The translations under genes and the position numbers were made by a program. From Caldisericaceae bacterium (GTDB lineage: Bacteria; Caldisericota; Caldisericia; Caldisericales; Caldisericaceae), in contig JBMFRX010000004.1 of assembly GCA_049967855.1 (NCBI GenBank), positions 8,751 through 72,750 of the forward strand: a stretch of 64,000 bases of DNA, in the 5' to 3' direction. The notes under the pieces were generated by a model. That model was given only the letters and a program-made list of their open reading frames with translations, was not told where the DNA came from and did no database searches. Positions 28,221-36,888 of the stretch are shown here, in pieces; the stretch's first letter is position 1, and every line of letters starts with the position of its first letter.

Positions 28221-28946
28221 ATGAAAGAAAAATTGAGAAAAGATTTGGAAGGTTATGTATTCTTCTCAATTGTAATTCCTGCTCACAATGAAGAAAAGTA
28301 CATAGCGAATACGCTTGAACATTTGAGGTCTGTTGATTACCCAAAAGACAAATTTGAAGTTATAGTTGTTGAAAATGGCTCAACCGACAGAACTAAGTTA
28401 ATTTCAGAGTCATTTGATTTCGCAAAAGTTTACTCTCTCGAAGAAAGTGGTGTTTCGAAAGCGAAGAATTTTGGGTCAAGTTTTGTTTCAAAAAAGTCTG
28501 AATGGATTGTTTTTCTCGATGCGGACACAATTCTTAAAAGAGATTTTCTGAATGAACTTAACAGAGTCATATTATACAATAGTGATGTGGTTAACATCGC
28601 GACCTCCCTGAGGCCATTAAGCGATTCTTTTAAGGCGCATGCCTGGTTTGGCTTCTACAATTTTGGGAGATTTGTTTCAAGGAGTTCGATGTCGATACAG
28701 ATTGTCAGAACAGACGTTTTCAATGAAATAAAATTCGATGAGGAACTGACTTTCAACGAAGATAAAACTTTGATTAAGCAAAGCAAGAAATACGGGCGGT
28801 TTGTCTTTCTGTGGACTGACAATGTGTATACCTCAACAAGAAGGTTTGATGCAGTAGGTTGGACGAGACAGTTTATCTTGTGGGTCTGGTGGAACATTAT
28901 CCCTCTTCGCATAAGGAGAAAGATACAATACAAAGTAATTCGATAG
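28221..28946 (+). CDS. family-2 glycosyltransferase
   Basis: FSIVIPAHNEE N-terminus and FLDADT (DxD) motif. Confidence 0.8.
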   Translation: MKEKLRKDLEGYVFFSIVIPAHNEEKYIANTLEHLRSVDYPKDKFEVIVVENGSTDRTKLISESFDFAKVYSLEESGVSKAKNFGSSFVSKKSEWIVFLDADTILKRDFLNELNRVILYNSDVVNIATSLRPLSDSFKAHAWFGFYNFGRFVSRSSMSIQIVRTDVFNEIKFDEELTFNEDKTLIKQSKKYGRFVFLWTDNVYTSTRRFDAVGWTRQFILWVWWNIIPLRIRRKIQYKVIR

Positions 28947-28997
28947 GGACTGGAAATTGAATTATTTATTTTCTTATAAAAAACTCTTCTAAATCTA

Positions 28998-29026
28998 TTG
29001 ACTTGTTTTTCAATTTTGTGTATAAT
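28998..29026 (+). promoter_or_regulatory. consensus-like sigma70 promoter of the amino-acid ABC operon leader
   Basis: TTGACT (28998-29003), 17 nt, TATAAT (29021-29026). Confidence 0.6.
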
Positions 29027-29153
29027 CCCTGCAATTTATACATTGGAACTATGAGAAACTATAATTTGTTTGTGGCAGAAAGAAAAAATAAAAAACACGA
29101 GGAACCTACCAGCGCCGGCGGGTGAGTTCTTCATTGCCGTATTTGGCATTAGA

Positions 29154-29178
29154 GGCCGGCGAGTAGCCGGCCTTTTTT
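29154..29178 (+). terminator. intrinsic terminator inside the 5' leader (attenuator)
   Basis: GGCCGGC-gagta-GCCGGCC-TTTTTT, ending 33 nt before the ATG at 29211. An upstream GCCGGC (29114-29119) could compete as an antiterminator. Confidence 0.65.
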
Positions 29179-29210
29179 ATATACAAAATATAAAATTAAA
29201 GGAGGCAAAG

Positions 29211-30209
29211 ATGAAGAAGTTAGCTTTTGCAGCGTTGTTTGTGATATTAATGCTTTTGGTTGCGGTTGGCTGTGCCAAAACAGGCATTGTAAGTGGAACG
29301 GTATTTGGTAATGATGGAAAGCCTGTTAGTGGTGCTTCTGTGAGCCTTGGGAATCTCTCTGCTACAACAGACGCAAATGGAAGATTCTCTTTTGAGAACG
29401 TCAAGAGTGGAGATTACGTCCTTGCGGTATCGGCGCAGGGGGCGGCTCCAGCGAGCGAGAAGTTAGCGGTAAGTGAGGGTGGGACAACAAAAAATGTTAC
29501 TCTTATTTTCAATTCTCTAGAAATGGTTAAGAGAGCAGGTGTAATGACTTTTGGTTCTGATACGACTTATGCTCCATTTGAGTCTATTGATACTCAGACA
29601 AATACTGCTGTTGGCTTTGATGTTGATCTTGCAAGTCTTCTTGCAAGTAAAATTGGGGTTAAGGCTCAAATCATCTCGACAGACTTTGGAGGCATAATTC
29701 CTGCACTACAGACAGGAAAGTTTGATGCGATAATATCATCTATGACAATAACAGAGGCACGAAGAGCTGAGATAGATTTTTCTGAACCTTACTATAATTC
29801 AGGACAGATTCTTGCAGTTCAATCGAAGAACAATCTAATTTCTAAACCACAGGATCTTGTTGGGAAAACTGTTGGAGTTCAAATCGGAACAACGGGTGAA
29901 GAAGCGGCAAAGGGTATAAAAGGAGCAACCGTGAAGAGTTATCCCGATATACAGCTTGCTCTTGCTGACCTTGAAACTGGGCGGATTGATGCAGTAATAA
30001 ATGACTTGCCTGTCTCTGCTTTTTATGCTAAAGGCCATCCTGGCGTAAAGCTTGTTGGAAGCCTTTTCACGACTGAGCAGTATGGAATTGCATTTAGAAA
30101 AGATGAAACTGAGTTGCGCGATGCCATAGACGCAGCTCTGGCACAGATAAGAGCTGATGGTGAGTATGATAAATTGTATGAGCAGTGGTTTGGCACAAAG
30201 CCACAGTAA
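29211..30209 (+). CDS. amino-acid ABC transporter substrate-binding lipoprotein with an extra N-terminal carboxypeptidase-regulatory-like beta-sandwich
   Basis: Lipobox LVAVGC; GTVFGNDGKPVSGASVSL...DANGRFSFENVKSGDYVL domain; then a type-2 periplasmic binding domain (FGSDTTYAPFE...). AAGGAGG SD before ATG 29211. The track ORF start at 29070 reads through the terminator. Confidence 0.8.
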   Translation: MKKLAFAALFVILMLLVAVGCAKTGIVSGTVFGNDGKPVSGASVSLGNLSATTDANGRFSFENVKSGDYVLAVSAQGAAPASEKLAVSEGGTTKNVTLIFNSLEMVKRAGVMTFGSDTTYAPFESIDTQTNTAVGFDVDLASLLASKIGVKAQIISTDFGGIIPALQTGKFDAIISSMTITEARRAEIDFSEPYYNSGQILAVQSKNNLISKPQDLVGKTVGVQIGTTGEEAAKGIKGATVKSYPDIQLALADLETGRIDAVINDLPVSAFYAKGHPGVKLVGSLFTTEQYGIAFRKDETELRDAIDAALAQIRADGEYDKLYEQWFGTKPQ

Positions 30210-30221
30210 GAAGGACTGCTG

Positions 30222-30878
30222 ATGCAATTTAGACTTAGCATTTTGATAGAGAACTTTCCCTTTCTTATATCTGGCTTGAAAGTCACTTTTGGACTTACGC
30301 TGTTTGCAATGATATTTGGCATTTTTATCGGTCTTGCAATAGCCCTCACGCGGCTATCAAAGAAAGTTATTTTGAGAGGAGTTGCTTCCATTTATGTTGA
30401 CTTAATGAGGGGCACCCCTCTCCTCTTGCAGATTTTGGTTGTCTATTATGTGTTTCCAGGATTTGGAGTCACGCTTGATGCTTTCACTTCAGGGATTGTA
30501 GCTTTGTCTCTCAATTCGGCTGCCTATATATCTGAAATTTTCAGGGCGGGGATTGAATCGATACCAGATGGGCAAATTGAAGCTGCAAAATCCCTGGGGA
30601 TGAATTATTCTCAGACTATGAGACACATTATTATCCCTCAAACAATAAGGAGAGTTTTGCCGCCAATTACGAATGAGATTGTCGCTCTCCTGAAAGACAC
30701 CTCTCTTGTAATGATTACTGGTATCGCAGAGCTCACTTACAAGGCAAAGCAGATTTCAGCATCAACTGCCAATGTAATAACGCCGTATGTTGCTGCAGGC
30801 ATAATTTATCTTTTGATGACAATTCCTCTAGCTCATTTTTCACAGAAACTCGAAAGGAGGTTCAGCAAAGGTGATTAG
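30222..30878 (+). CDS. amino-acid ABC transporter permease (His/Glu/Gln/Arg/opine family)
   Basis: Five TM segments and an EAAKSLGM...IIIPQ EAA loop. Confidence 0.85.
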   Translation: MQFRLSILIENFPFLISGLKVTFGLTLFAMIFGIFIGLAIALTRLSKKVILRGVASIYVDLMRGTPLLLQILVVYYVFPGFGVTLDAFTSGIVALSLNSAAYISEIFRAGIESIPDGQIEAAKSLGMNYSQTMRHIIIPQTIRRVLPPITNEIVALLKDTSLVMITGIAELTYKAKQISASTANVITPYVAAGIIYLLMTIPLAHFSQKLERRFSKGD

Positions 30879-31605
30879 TACTGTTGATTTAACCAAAAAG
30901 TTTGGGAATTTACTTGTCTTTAAGGATATTAATTTTTCCATCCAGGAAGGTGAGCGTGTAGTTATAATTGGTCCGTCGGGTGCAGGAAAAAGTACCTTTA
31001 TTCGATGTTTGAATGCTCTCGAAGGGCCAACAAAAGGAGACGTCTACTTCAAAAAGGAAAAGATAAATCGAGAAACAAACCTCAACAAATTGCGCGAGAA
31101 TATCGGGATGGTTTTTCAACACTTTAATCTGTTCCCGCATCTCACAGCACTTCAAAATGTCACTATTGGGCCTATTCAAGTGAAGAAATACAAACAGAAT
31201 GAAGCAAGAGATGTTGCTATGTATTACCTGAGAAAGGTTGGGCTTGAAAGCAGGGTGAATCATTTTCCAAGGGAACTTTCAGGAGGCGAGAAGCAGAGAG
31301 TTGCTATCGCAAGAGCGCTTGCAATGAATCCTGAAGTTATGCTCTTTGATGAGCCTACATCAGCTCTTGATGTAGAGATGATTCAAGAGGTGCTTGAAGC
31401 AATGAGGCAAGTTGCTGAGGATGGGATGACAATGATTGTAGTAACTCACGAAATAGCCTTTGCAAAACAAGTTGCAGATAGACTTGTTTTTATGGCAGAT
31501 GGTAGTATCGTTGAAGAAAATACCCCAACAGAGTTTTTTGAACAGCCTCGCACCGAAAGAGCAAAGAAGTTCCTTAGCAAAGTGATGAGTGTCTACTCAT
31601 ATTAA
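30871..31605 (+). CDS. amino-acid ABC transporter ATP-binding protein (GlnQ-like)
   Basis: GPSGAGKST Walker A, LSGGEKQRVAIARAL signature, MLFDEPTSALD Walker B. Confidence 0.9.
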   Translation: MISTVDLTKKFGNLLVFKDINFSIQEGERVVIIGPSGAGKSTFIRCLNALEGPTKGDVYFKKEKINRETNLNKLRENIGMVFQHFNLFPHLTALQNVTIGPIQVKKYKQNEARDVAMYYLRKVGLESRVNHFPRELSGGEKQRVAIARALAMNPEVMLFDEPTSALDVEMIQEVLEAMRQVAEDGMTMIVVTHEIAFAKQVADRLVFMADGSIVEENTPTEFFEQPRTERAKKFLSKVMSVYSY

Positions 31606-31779
31606 GTTGGCAAAGTCCTGTACTCTGAATTAGTAAAGAGGCGGCTATTTGTTTCTCCAAAGCAGCTTATTGAAGCTGGTGTTTACTTTTCTGAGAGCAT
31701 GAGGTAGATTAGGCTTGTTCAGGTTGGAAAATCGCAGGAATTTGCTAAAATATAATAGCGAGCGTCGAGGAGGCATAAA

Positions 31780-32499
31780 ATGACAATTGTTGAAGTTAAA
31801 AACCTCACCAAAGATTACGGCGAGATAAGAGCTGTTAATGGAATTAGTTTTGATATTGAAGAAGGAGAGATTTTTGGATTAATCGGCCCAAATGGAGCTG
31901 GAAAAACCACGACTCTTCGAATAGTCTCCACTATACTTCGGAAGAGTTACGGAGAGATAACTATTGGAGGAATGACTGTTGGAAAAGATGATGACAAAAT
32001 CAGGCAAATTATAAGTTATCTCCCAGAAGAAGCCGGTGCTTACAAAACGCTTACAGGGCTTGGGTACCTTGATTTTATGGCAGGTTTTTATGCTGAGTCC
32101 CCTTCTCAAAAAAAGCAGTTCATTGAAAGAGGCATAGAAATAGCTAGCCTTGGAGAGAGGCTGAGAAATAAAGTTTCCACTTATAGCAAGGGAATGGCAA
32201 GGAAACTCCTTCTTGCAAGAGCCCTTATGATTATGCCGAGGCTTGCAATTCTTGACGAACCTACAAGTGGGCTTGATGTAATGAACTCCATTGAGATAAG
32301 GAACCTTATTAAGAGTTATGCGAAGGAAGGTGTCACCGTTTTGTTGTCCTCACACAATATGCTAGAAATAGAGTTTCTTTCTAATAGGGTTGCCCTAATT
32401 GATCACGGTAACATCCTCGATATTGGTACTCCTCAATTTCTTAAGGAAAGGTACTCAGCTCAAAATCTTGAAGATGTTTTTGTGGAGGCGCTGAGATGA
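31780..32499 (+). CDS. ABC-2-type exporter ATP-binding protein
   Basis: GPNGAGKTT, YSKGMARKLLLARAL, AILDEPTSGLD. Confidence 0.85.
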   Translation: MTIVEVKNLTKDYGEIRAVNGISFDIEEGEIFGLIGPNGAGKTTTLRIVSTILRKSYGEITIGGMTVGKDDDKIRQIISYLPEEAGAYKTLTGLGYLDFMAGFYAESPSQKKQFIERGIEIASLGERLRNKVSTYSKGMARKLLLARALMIMPRLAILDEPTSGLDVMNSIEIRNLIKSYAKEGVTVLLSSHNMLEIEFLSNRVALIDHGNILDIGTPQFLKERYSAQNLEDVFVEALR

Positions 32500-33779
32500 G
32501 TAAGTTTATCAACCTGTTTAAGAAAGATCTTAAAGAACTCGTAACAATAGAGCTTATTATTCCTCTTCTGATTATGGTTGCATTGTTCAGTTTTATAGGA
32601 GGTGTAATGAGCAATGAAACCAAGAAAGCTGCCGCTCCTCAAAGTATTCTTGTAATTGACAACGACAACAGCAACCTTTCGCGCAACCTCGTAAACTCTC
32701 TTAGTAAAGGGAATCTCATTCCTCAGATTTCTTCTACAGGTGATATGCAGCTTACGACAAATTATGCAAAAGAGAAAGGCATCAGTGTAATTCTTCAAAT
32801 ACCGGCGGGTTTTGAGCAAGAGGTTTTTAGCTTCAGACAACCAGAAGTTAATATCTACTCAATTATGCAGAGTTTTTCCATTACCAGGCTCACCCAGTCT
32901 GCCCAGGTTGACGCTATCTTTTCAGCAATAAATGACTCCATTTCCTCGCAGTTTATAAGCGACAAATTCCAGGGAGTTTCGCCAGAGGTTGTAAAGAACC
33001 CTGTTAAGTCTAATGACTTTGTAATTGTAAAAGACAAAACGGTGGAAATTTCTCCTGCTGTTGTTTCACAGGCATTTATGTCGCAGAACATTTTCATACC
33101 AATTATTCTTGCCTTTGTAATTCTATATTCTTCCCAAATGCTTGCATCCCTCATTGCTAACGAAAAACAGAACAAGACTCTTGAAACTATACTTACTGTT
33201 CCTATAAAACGCTCCAACATTGTGATTTCAAAAATGCTAAGCTCTGGAGTGGTTGCCTTGATAATATCAGTGCTGTATCTTTTTGGGATGAAAAATTATA
33301 TGGGAGGAGTTTCTGGCGGGGAAATAGGCAGTAGCCAATATGCTGGAGTTCTTGCAAAAGTTGGTTTAACTTTCACGGCTGAGTCTTATGTATTACTTGG
33401 GCTTTCGACATTTCTTGCGATTATTGCCGCACTCGCTGTAACAACGATTCTTGCGGTTTACGCTGAAGATGTGAAAGGAGCCCAGGCAATGTTGGCACCT
33501 CTGATGGTGCTGTTGCTTATTCCATATTTCCTCACGTTGTTTACTGATCCCAATACACTTGCCACCCCACTCAGGATTATTCTATATGCAATTCCTTTCT
33601 CGCAACCTTTTCTTGCATCTCAAAATCTTCTTTTTGGAAGGACTCTGCCTGTTGTGTATGGGATAGTGTATGAAATTATTTTCTCTGTAGTTTGTGTTAT
33701 TATAGCAACAGGAATTTTCTCGTCAGACAAGATTCTCACTGCAAAGGTCAGGCTTTGGAAGGGGATTAAGTTTAGATGA
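32496..33779 (+). CDS. ABC-2 family transporter permease (NatB-like, large extracytoplasmic loop)
   Basis: N-terminal TM, about 170-aa loop, then five C-terminal TM segments. 4-nt overlap with the ATPase gene. Confidence 0.7.
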   Translation: MSKFINLFKKDLKELVTIELIIPLLIMVALFSFIGGVMSNETKKAAAPQSILVIDNDNSNLSRNLVNSLSKGNLIPQISSTGDMQLTTNYAKEKGISVILQIPAGFEQEVFSFRQPEVNIYSIMQSFSITRLTQSAQVDAIFSAINDSISSQFISDKFQGVSPEVVKNPVKSNDFVIVKDKTVEISPAVVSQAFMSQNIFIPIILAFVILYSSQMLASLIANEKQNKTLETILTVPIKRSNIVISKMLSSGVVALIISVLYLFGMKNYMGGVSGGEIGSSQYAGVLAKVGLTFTAESYVLLGLSTFLAIIAALAVTTILAVYAEDVKGAQAMLAPLMVLLLIPYFLTLFTDPNTLATPLRIILYAIPFSQPFLASQNLLFGRTLPVVYGIVYEIIFSVVCVIIATGIFSSDKILTAKVRLWKGIKFR

Positions 33780-35236
33780 GAAAGTCATTAGTTGCGATTC
33801 TTATTTTTCTCTTGCTTTTTGCTTCTTTTCCCTCTAAGAGCGCATTTTCAAAGGATGCCCCTACGCTCAAGGGAATTTGTGTTCACGGAGAAGATCTTTC
33901 AAAGGAAGGGATTGATAAATCTTTATCCAAAATTGCAAGTTTTGGTTACAATGCAATATTCTTTCTTGCCAAAACTCCAGAAGGCAAAGTCTACTTCAAA
34001 AGTAAGAACTGTCCGATGGTTTCAGATATTTTTGGCGATGTTGTTAAATATGCCCACAAAAATGGACTTAAAGTTTATGCCTATTTTCCCGTGATTATGG
34101 ATAGTAATTACGTTAGCAAATACCCAAAGGAAAAGATGGTGAATATTGGAAACTCCTCTAATACTTATTATGTCTCACTTTTGAGTAGCAGCTACATAAA
34201 ATACTTAGAGGGATTCATAGGAGAGCTTCTTGCATATGACATTGACGGAATACTGCTTGACTATATTCGTTATCCTAACGGAAGTTACGATTTTTCTGAT
34301 GCTTTCAATTCTTTAGCTTCTTCATCTAAAATAGACATAGGAAAAGTCAAAGACCTAGCTTACAAGACTTTTGTTAAACCTGCTGATTGGAAAACTCTTT
34401 TCTATTCGTATGAGCAGGGGGATGCTGATGTAGTTAATTGGGTTGCGTTGCGTGAAAGTGTTGTGAGAAATGTGAGCTCAACACTGATTGCATATGCGAA
34501 ATCAATCAGACCATCCATAAAGGCTGGTGCATTTACTGTAGCACGTGGGTATCGTTATGACAAAATCGCAAAGGCTCCAAAGATTTCTGCCTCGTTTGCG
34601 TATGAGGTAGTCAATTTTGCTCAAACTCCTGATGTTTTCAAAGGAATTCTTGACTTTATGGCTCCTATGGTCTATCTTTCGAATCTGGAAGAAACTCCTG
34701 ATTATGCTCAGGTAGTTGCAACATCCATTAAGCAGAGCCTGGGAAGCAATTTCCCTGTATATGTCGCAATTAACCCTGACAGTATCACTTTGAGCGATAC
34801 GATGAATGAGATATATTATGCTTATAAAGTTGGCGACGGCATTACTATTTTCAGATATCCGTTGTTCCAGATGGGCTTCATTCAGCCGAATAATTTACTT
34901 CCTAAGACAGGCAAATCTTATGTATCTAACATAGTATGTTCTGACGGAAAAAGCGTTTCGGCAACTTTCTCGTTTTCAGCGAGCAAATTTGTACCCATTA
35001 ATAGTAAGGCAATACTTATTTCACCTTACTTTGACTACTATAGCGACTTTCTCACCATTGGAAGCACGGCTTACTCAGTAAATGGAGAAACTCACACAAT
35101 GGATGTCTCGCCTTTCATTTCTGATTCACGGACTTTTGTGCCAATCCGTTTTATTGCTGAGGCTTTCGGGCTTTCAGTTGCCTGGGACGAGCTTACAAAC
35201 ACTGTTACAATAAATGGGTTTATACAAATTGATTAG
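33776..35236 (+). CDS. secreted glycosyl-hydrolase-like family 10 (GHL10/YngK-like) protein with a C-terminal copper-amine-oxidase-N-like domain
   Basis: Signal peptide, DGILLDYIRYPNG motif, C-terminal RTFVPIRFIAEAFGLSVAWDELTNTVTING. Confidence 0.65.
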   Translation: MRKSLVAILIFLLLFASFPSKSAFSKDAPTLKGICVHGEDLSKEGIDKSLSKIASFGYNAIFFLAKTPEGKVYFKSKNCPMVSDIFGDVVKYAHKNGLKVYAYFPVIMDSNYVSKYPKEKMVNIGNSSNTYYVSLLSSSYIKYLEGFIGELLAYDIDGILLDYIRYPNGSYDFSDAFNSLASSSKIDIGKVKDLAYKTFVKPADWKTLFYSYEQGDADVVNWVALRESVVRNVSSTLIAYAKSIRPSIKAGAFTVARGYRYDKIAKAPKISASFAYEVVNFAQTPDVFKGILDFMAPMVYLSNLEETPDYAQVVATSIKQSLGSNFPVYVAINPDSITLSDTMNEIYYAYKVGDGITIFRYPLFQMGFIQPNNLLPKTGKSYVSNIVCSDGKSVSATFSFSASKFVPINSKAILISPYFDYYSDFLTIGSTAYSVNGETHTMDVSPFISDSRTFVPIRFIAEAFGLSVAWDELTNTVTINGFIQID

Positions 35237-36888
35237 TCAAATGCAATCTGCACTTTTCTTTCTCTTTCTGTTTTTGCTTTATATAGAGCCTTGTCAGCCC
35301 TGCCAATAAATACATTAATTGATTCATGCCTATATGATGCTACTCCTATTGATACGTCGGGAGCAAAGTCGATTTTAAATTTCGTGTTTCTGAGGGATTG
35401 TCTTATGCGTTCAGCAATCCCAAAAGCAAATTCCTCTTCTGTTTCGGGCAGTATTATTGCAAACTCGTCTCCTCCTACTCTGAAAGCTACGTCCATATTA
35501 CGTATCGACTTCCGAAGAATCTCTCCAAAAGCTCTCAAAACATTATCTCCTGCAAGATGACCAAAAGTGTCATTTAACTCCTTAAACCTGTCAAGATCCA
35601 TAGAGATAATTGAAAGCGGTCTCTTGTATCTTTTTGCCCTTTCAACTTCGTCTTTTATTCTCTTATCGAATTCTCTTCTGTTATATAAGCCAGTCAGGGC
35701 ATCTGTTATTGAAAGGTTACTGAACTCTTCAAGCATTATATTCTTTTGCAATACGTCACTTATAGTAGTTGAGAATGCCTTTGCAAATATCAAATCCTCA
35801 TCATCAAACTGGTGAGGTTTCTCCCCGTCGATACTCAATACTGCAATTACCTCGTCTTTGACAATTATTGGGATTCCAATCCAGCTTTTTGGTGATTTTT
35901 CTGTTTCAATCCAACCTGGGGCATCCTGAATGTCTGCAACATAGTTCAAGCTTTTAGTTGCTTTTATTGAGGCAATGTTTTCTCCATACATTTTTTCTTT
36001 AATGCTCTTCTCAACAGCAAATGCGGTTTCGTTGTCTATATTTCTTAGAGCTACAAAATGCCAGTCTTTTTTCGGTCCTGACACATCCATTATAGATGAG
36101 GATTGTGCATTGAAAAGTTCAACGGCGATGCGAACAATTTTCCAATAAGTCTGCTCGTAAGTCAGAGTGCTTCTTAGCTCGTTAGAAAGCGAGTGAAGCA
36201 TTTTGTACCTTTTCGCGAGGAGATAGCTTCTTATTGACTCAGTTTCTGCTATCTCGGTTTTGATGTGGTAGGTAATCAGTCTTTTTAGATACTCAAGCGT
36301 TTGTTTACAAAAAACCTTTTCTTCATCGGTCAAATTTCTTTTTGGGCTTATAACAAAGTAAAATTGCGATTTGTTTACTTTGAACTCCTCTATGAGGAAC
36401 AAACTGCTTTGAGTTAAGATTGATTTTTCAAGAACATCCTCTTCGTTCTGGTTTTCTATGTAAACTGTCTTAAGACCAGATTTTTCTGATGCTATGAGTG
36501 CAGCATTCCCGACTGGTACAATTTTCTTAAGAGTAGCAAAGCCAACTTTTAGTTTTTCTTCTATCTTCGGTTCATCTATCACGCTTTCTACCAGGTTAGT
36601 TAGGGCTTGAGATAGTTCAGTACGCCACATAAAATCTTTTCTTGTCGATGCAAAAAGACTTGTTATGATTTCAAGAAGTATTAACGAAACGAACAGAAGG
36701 ATTAGGCTTACATAGTACTGACTCGAAATACTATCTTCAAGCCTCTCCGTAAAGAATGAGCCGTAGATTTTATAATCAGAATAGAATACAAATGAAATTA
36801 CAAGAGCAGTTATTAAAACAACAATAATGCCTATATGATTGTTATGACGATAGCTTTGTGAAGTCCTCTTCGGTAGCAGGCTCTTCAA
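35233..36888 (-). CDS. membrane-anchored GAF-GGDEF diguanylate cyclase
   Basis: Two TM segments, GAF-like middle region, GGDEF domain (VGGDEF) with an RNMD I-site. TTG start with GGAG SD; overlaps the HD-GYP gene by 47 nt. Confidence 0.85.
   Translation of the reverse strand: MKSLLPKRTSQSYRHNNHIGIIVVLITALVISFVFYSDYKIYGSFFTERLEDSISSQYYVSLILLFVSLILLEIITSLFASTRKDFMWRTELSQALTNLVESVIDEPKIEEKLKVGFATLKKIVPVGNAALIASEKSGLKTVYIENQNEEDVLEKSILTQSSLFLIEEFKVNKSQFYFVISPKRNLTDEEKVFCKQTLEYLKRLITYHIKTEIAETESIRSYLLAKRYKMLHSLSNELRSTLTYEQTYWKIVRIAVELFNAQSSSIMDVSGPKKDWHFVALRNIDNETAFAVEKSIKEKMYGENIASIKATKSLNYVADIQDAPGWIETEKSPKSWIGIPIIVKDEVIAVLSIDGEKPHQFDDEDLIFAKAFSTTISDVLQKNIMLEEFSNLSITDALTGLYNRREFDKRIKDEVERAKRYKRPLSIISMDLDRFKELNDTFGHLAGDNVLRAFGEILRKSIRNMDVAFRVGGDEFAIILPETEEEFAFGIAERIRQSLRNTKFKIDFAPDVSIGVASYRHESINVFIGRADKALYKAKTERERKVQIAFD

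Noticed and set aside
29070-29210. N-terminal extension of the binding-protein ORF in the track. Similar extensions: 327..1250, 19451..19804, 15234.., 13831..15156, 61680.., 60747..61676.
   Set aside because: The extensions run through a terminator, a promoter or the preceding gene. Internal ATGs with strong SDs, or with promoter geometry and canonical N-termini, are better starts.
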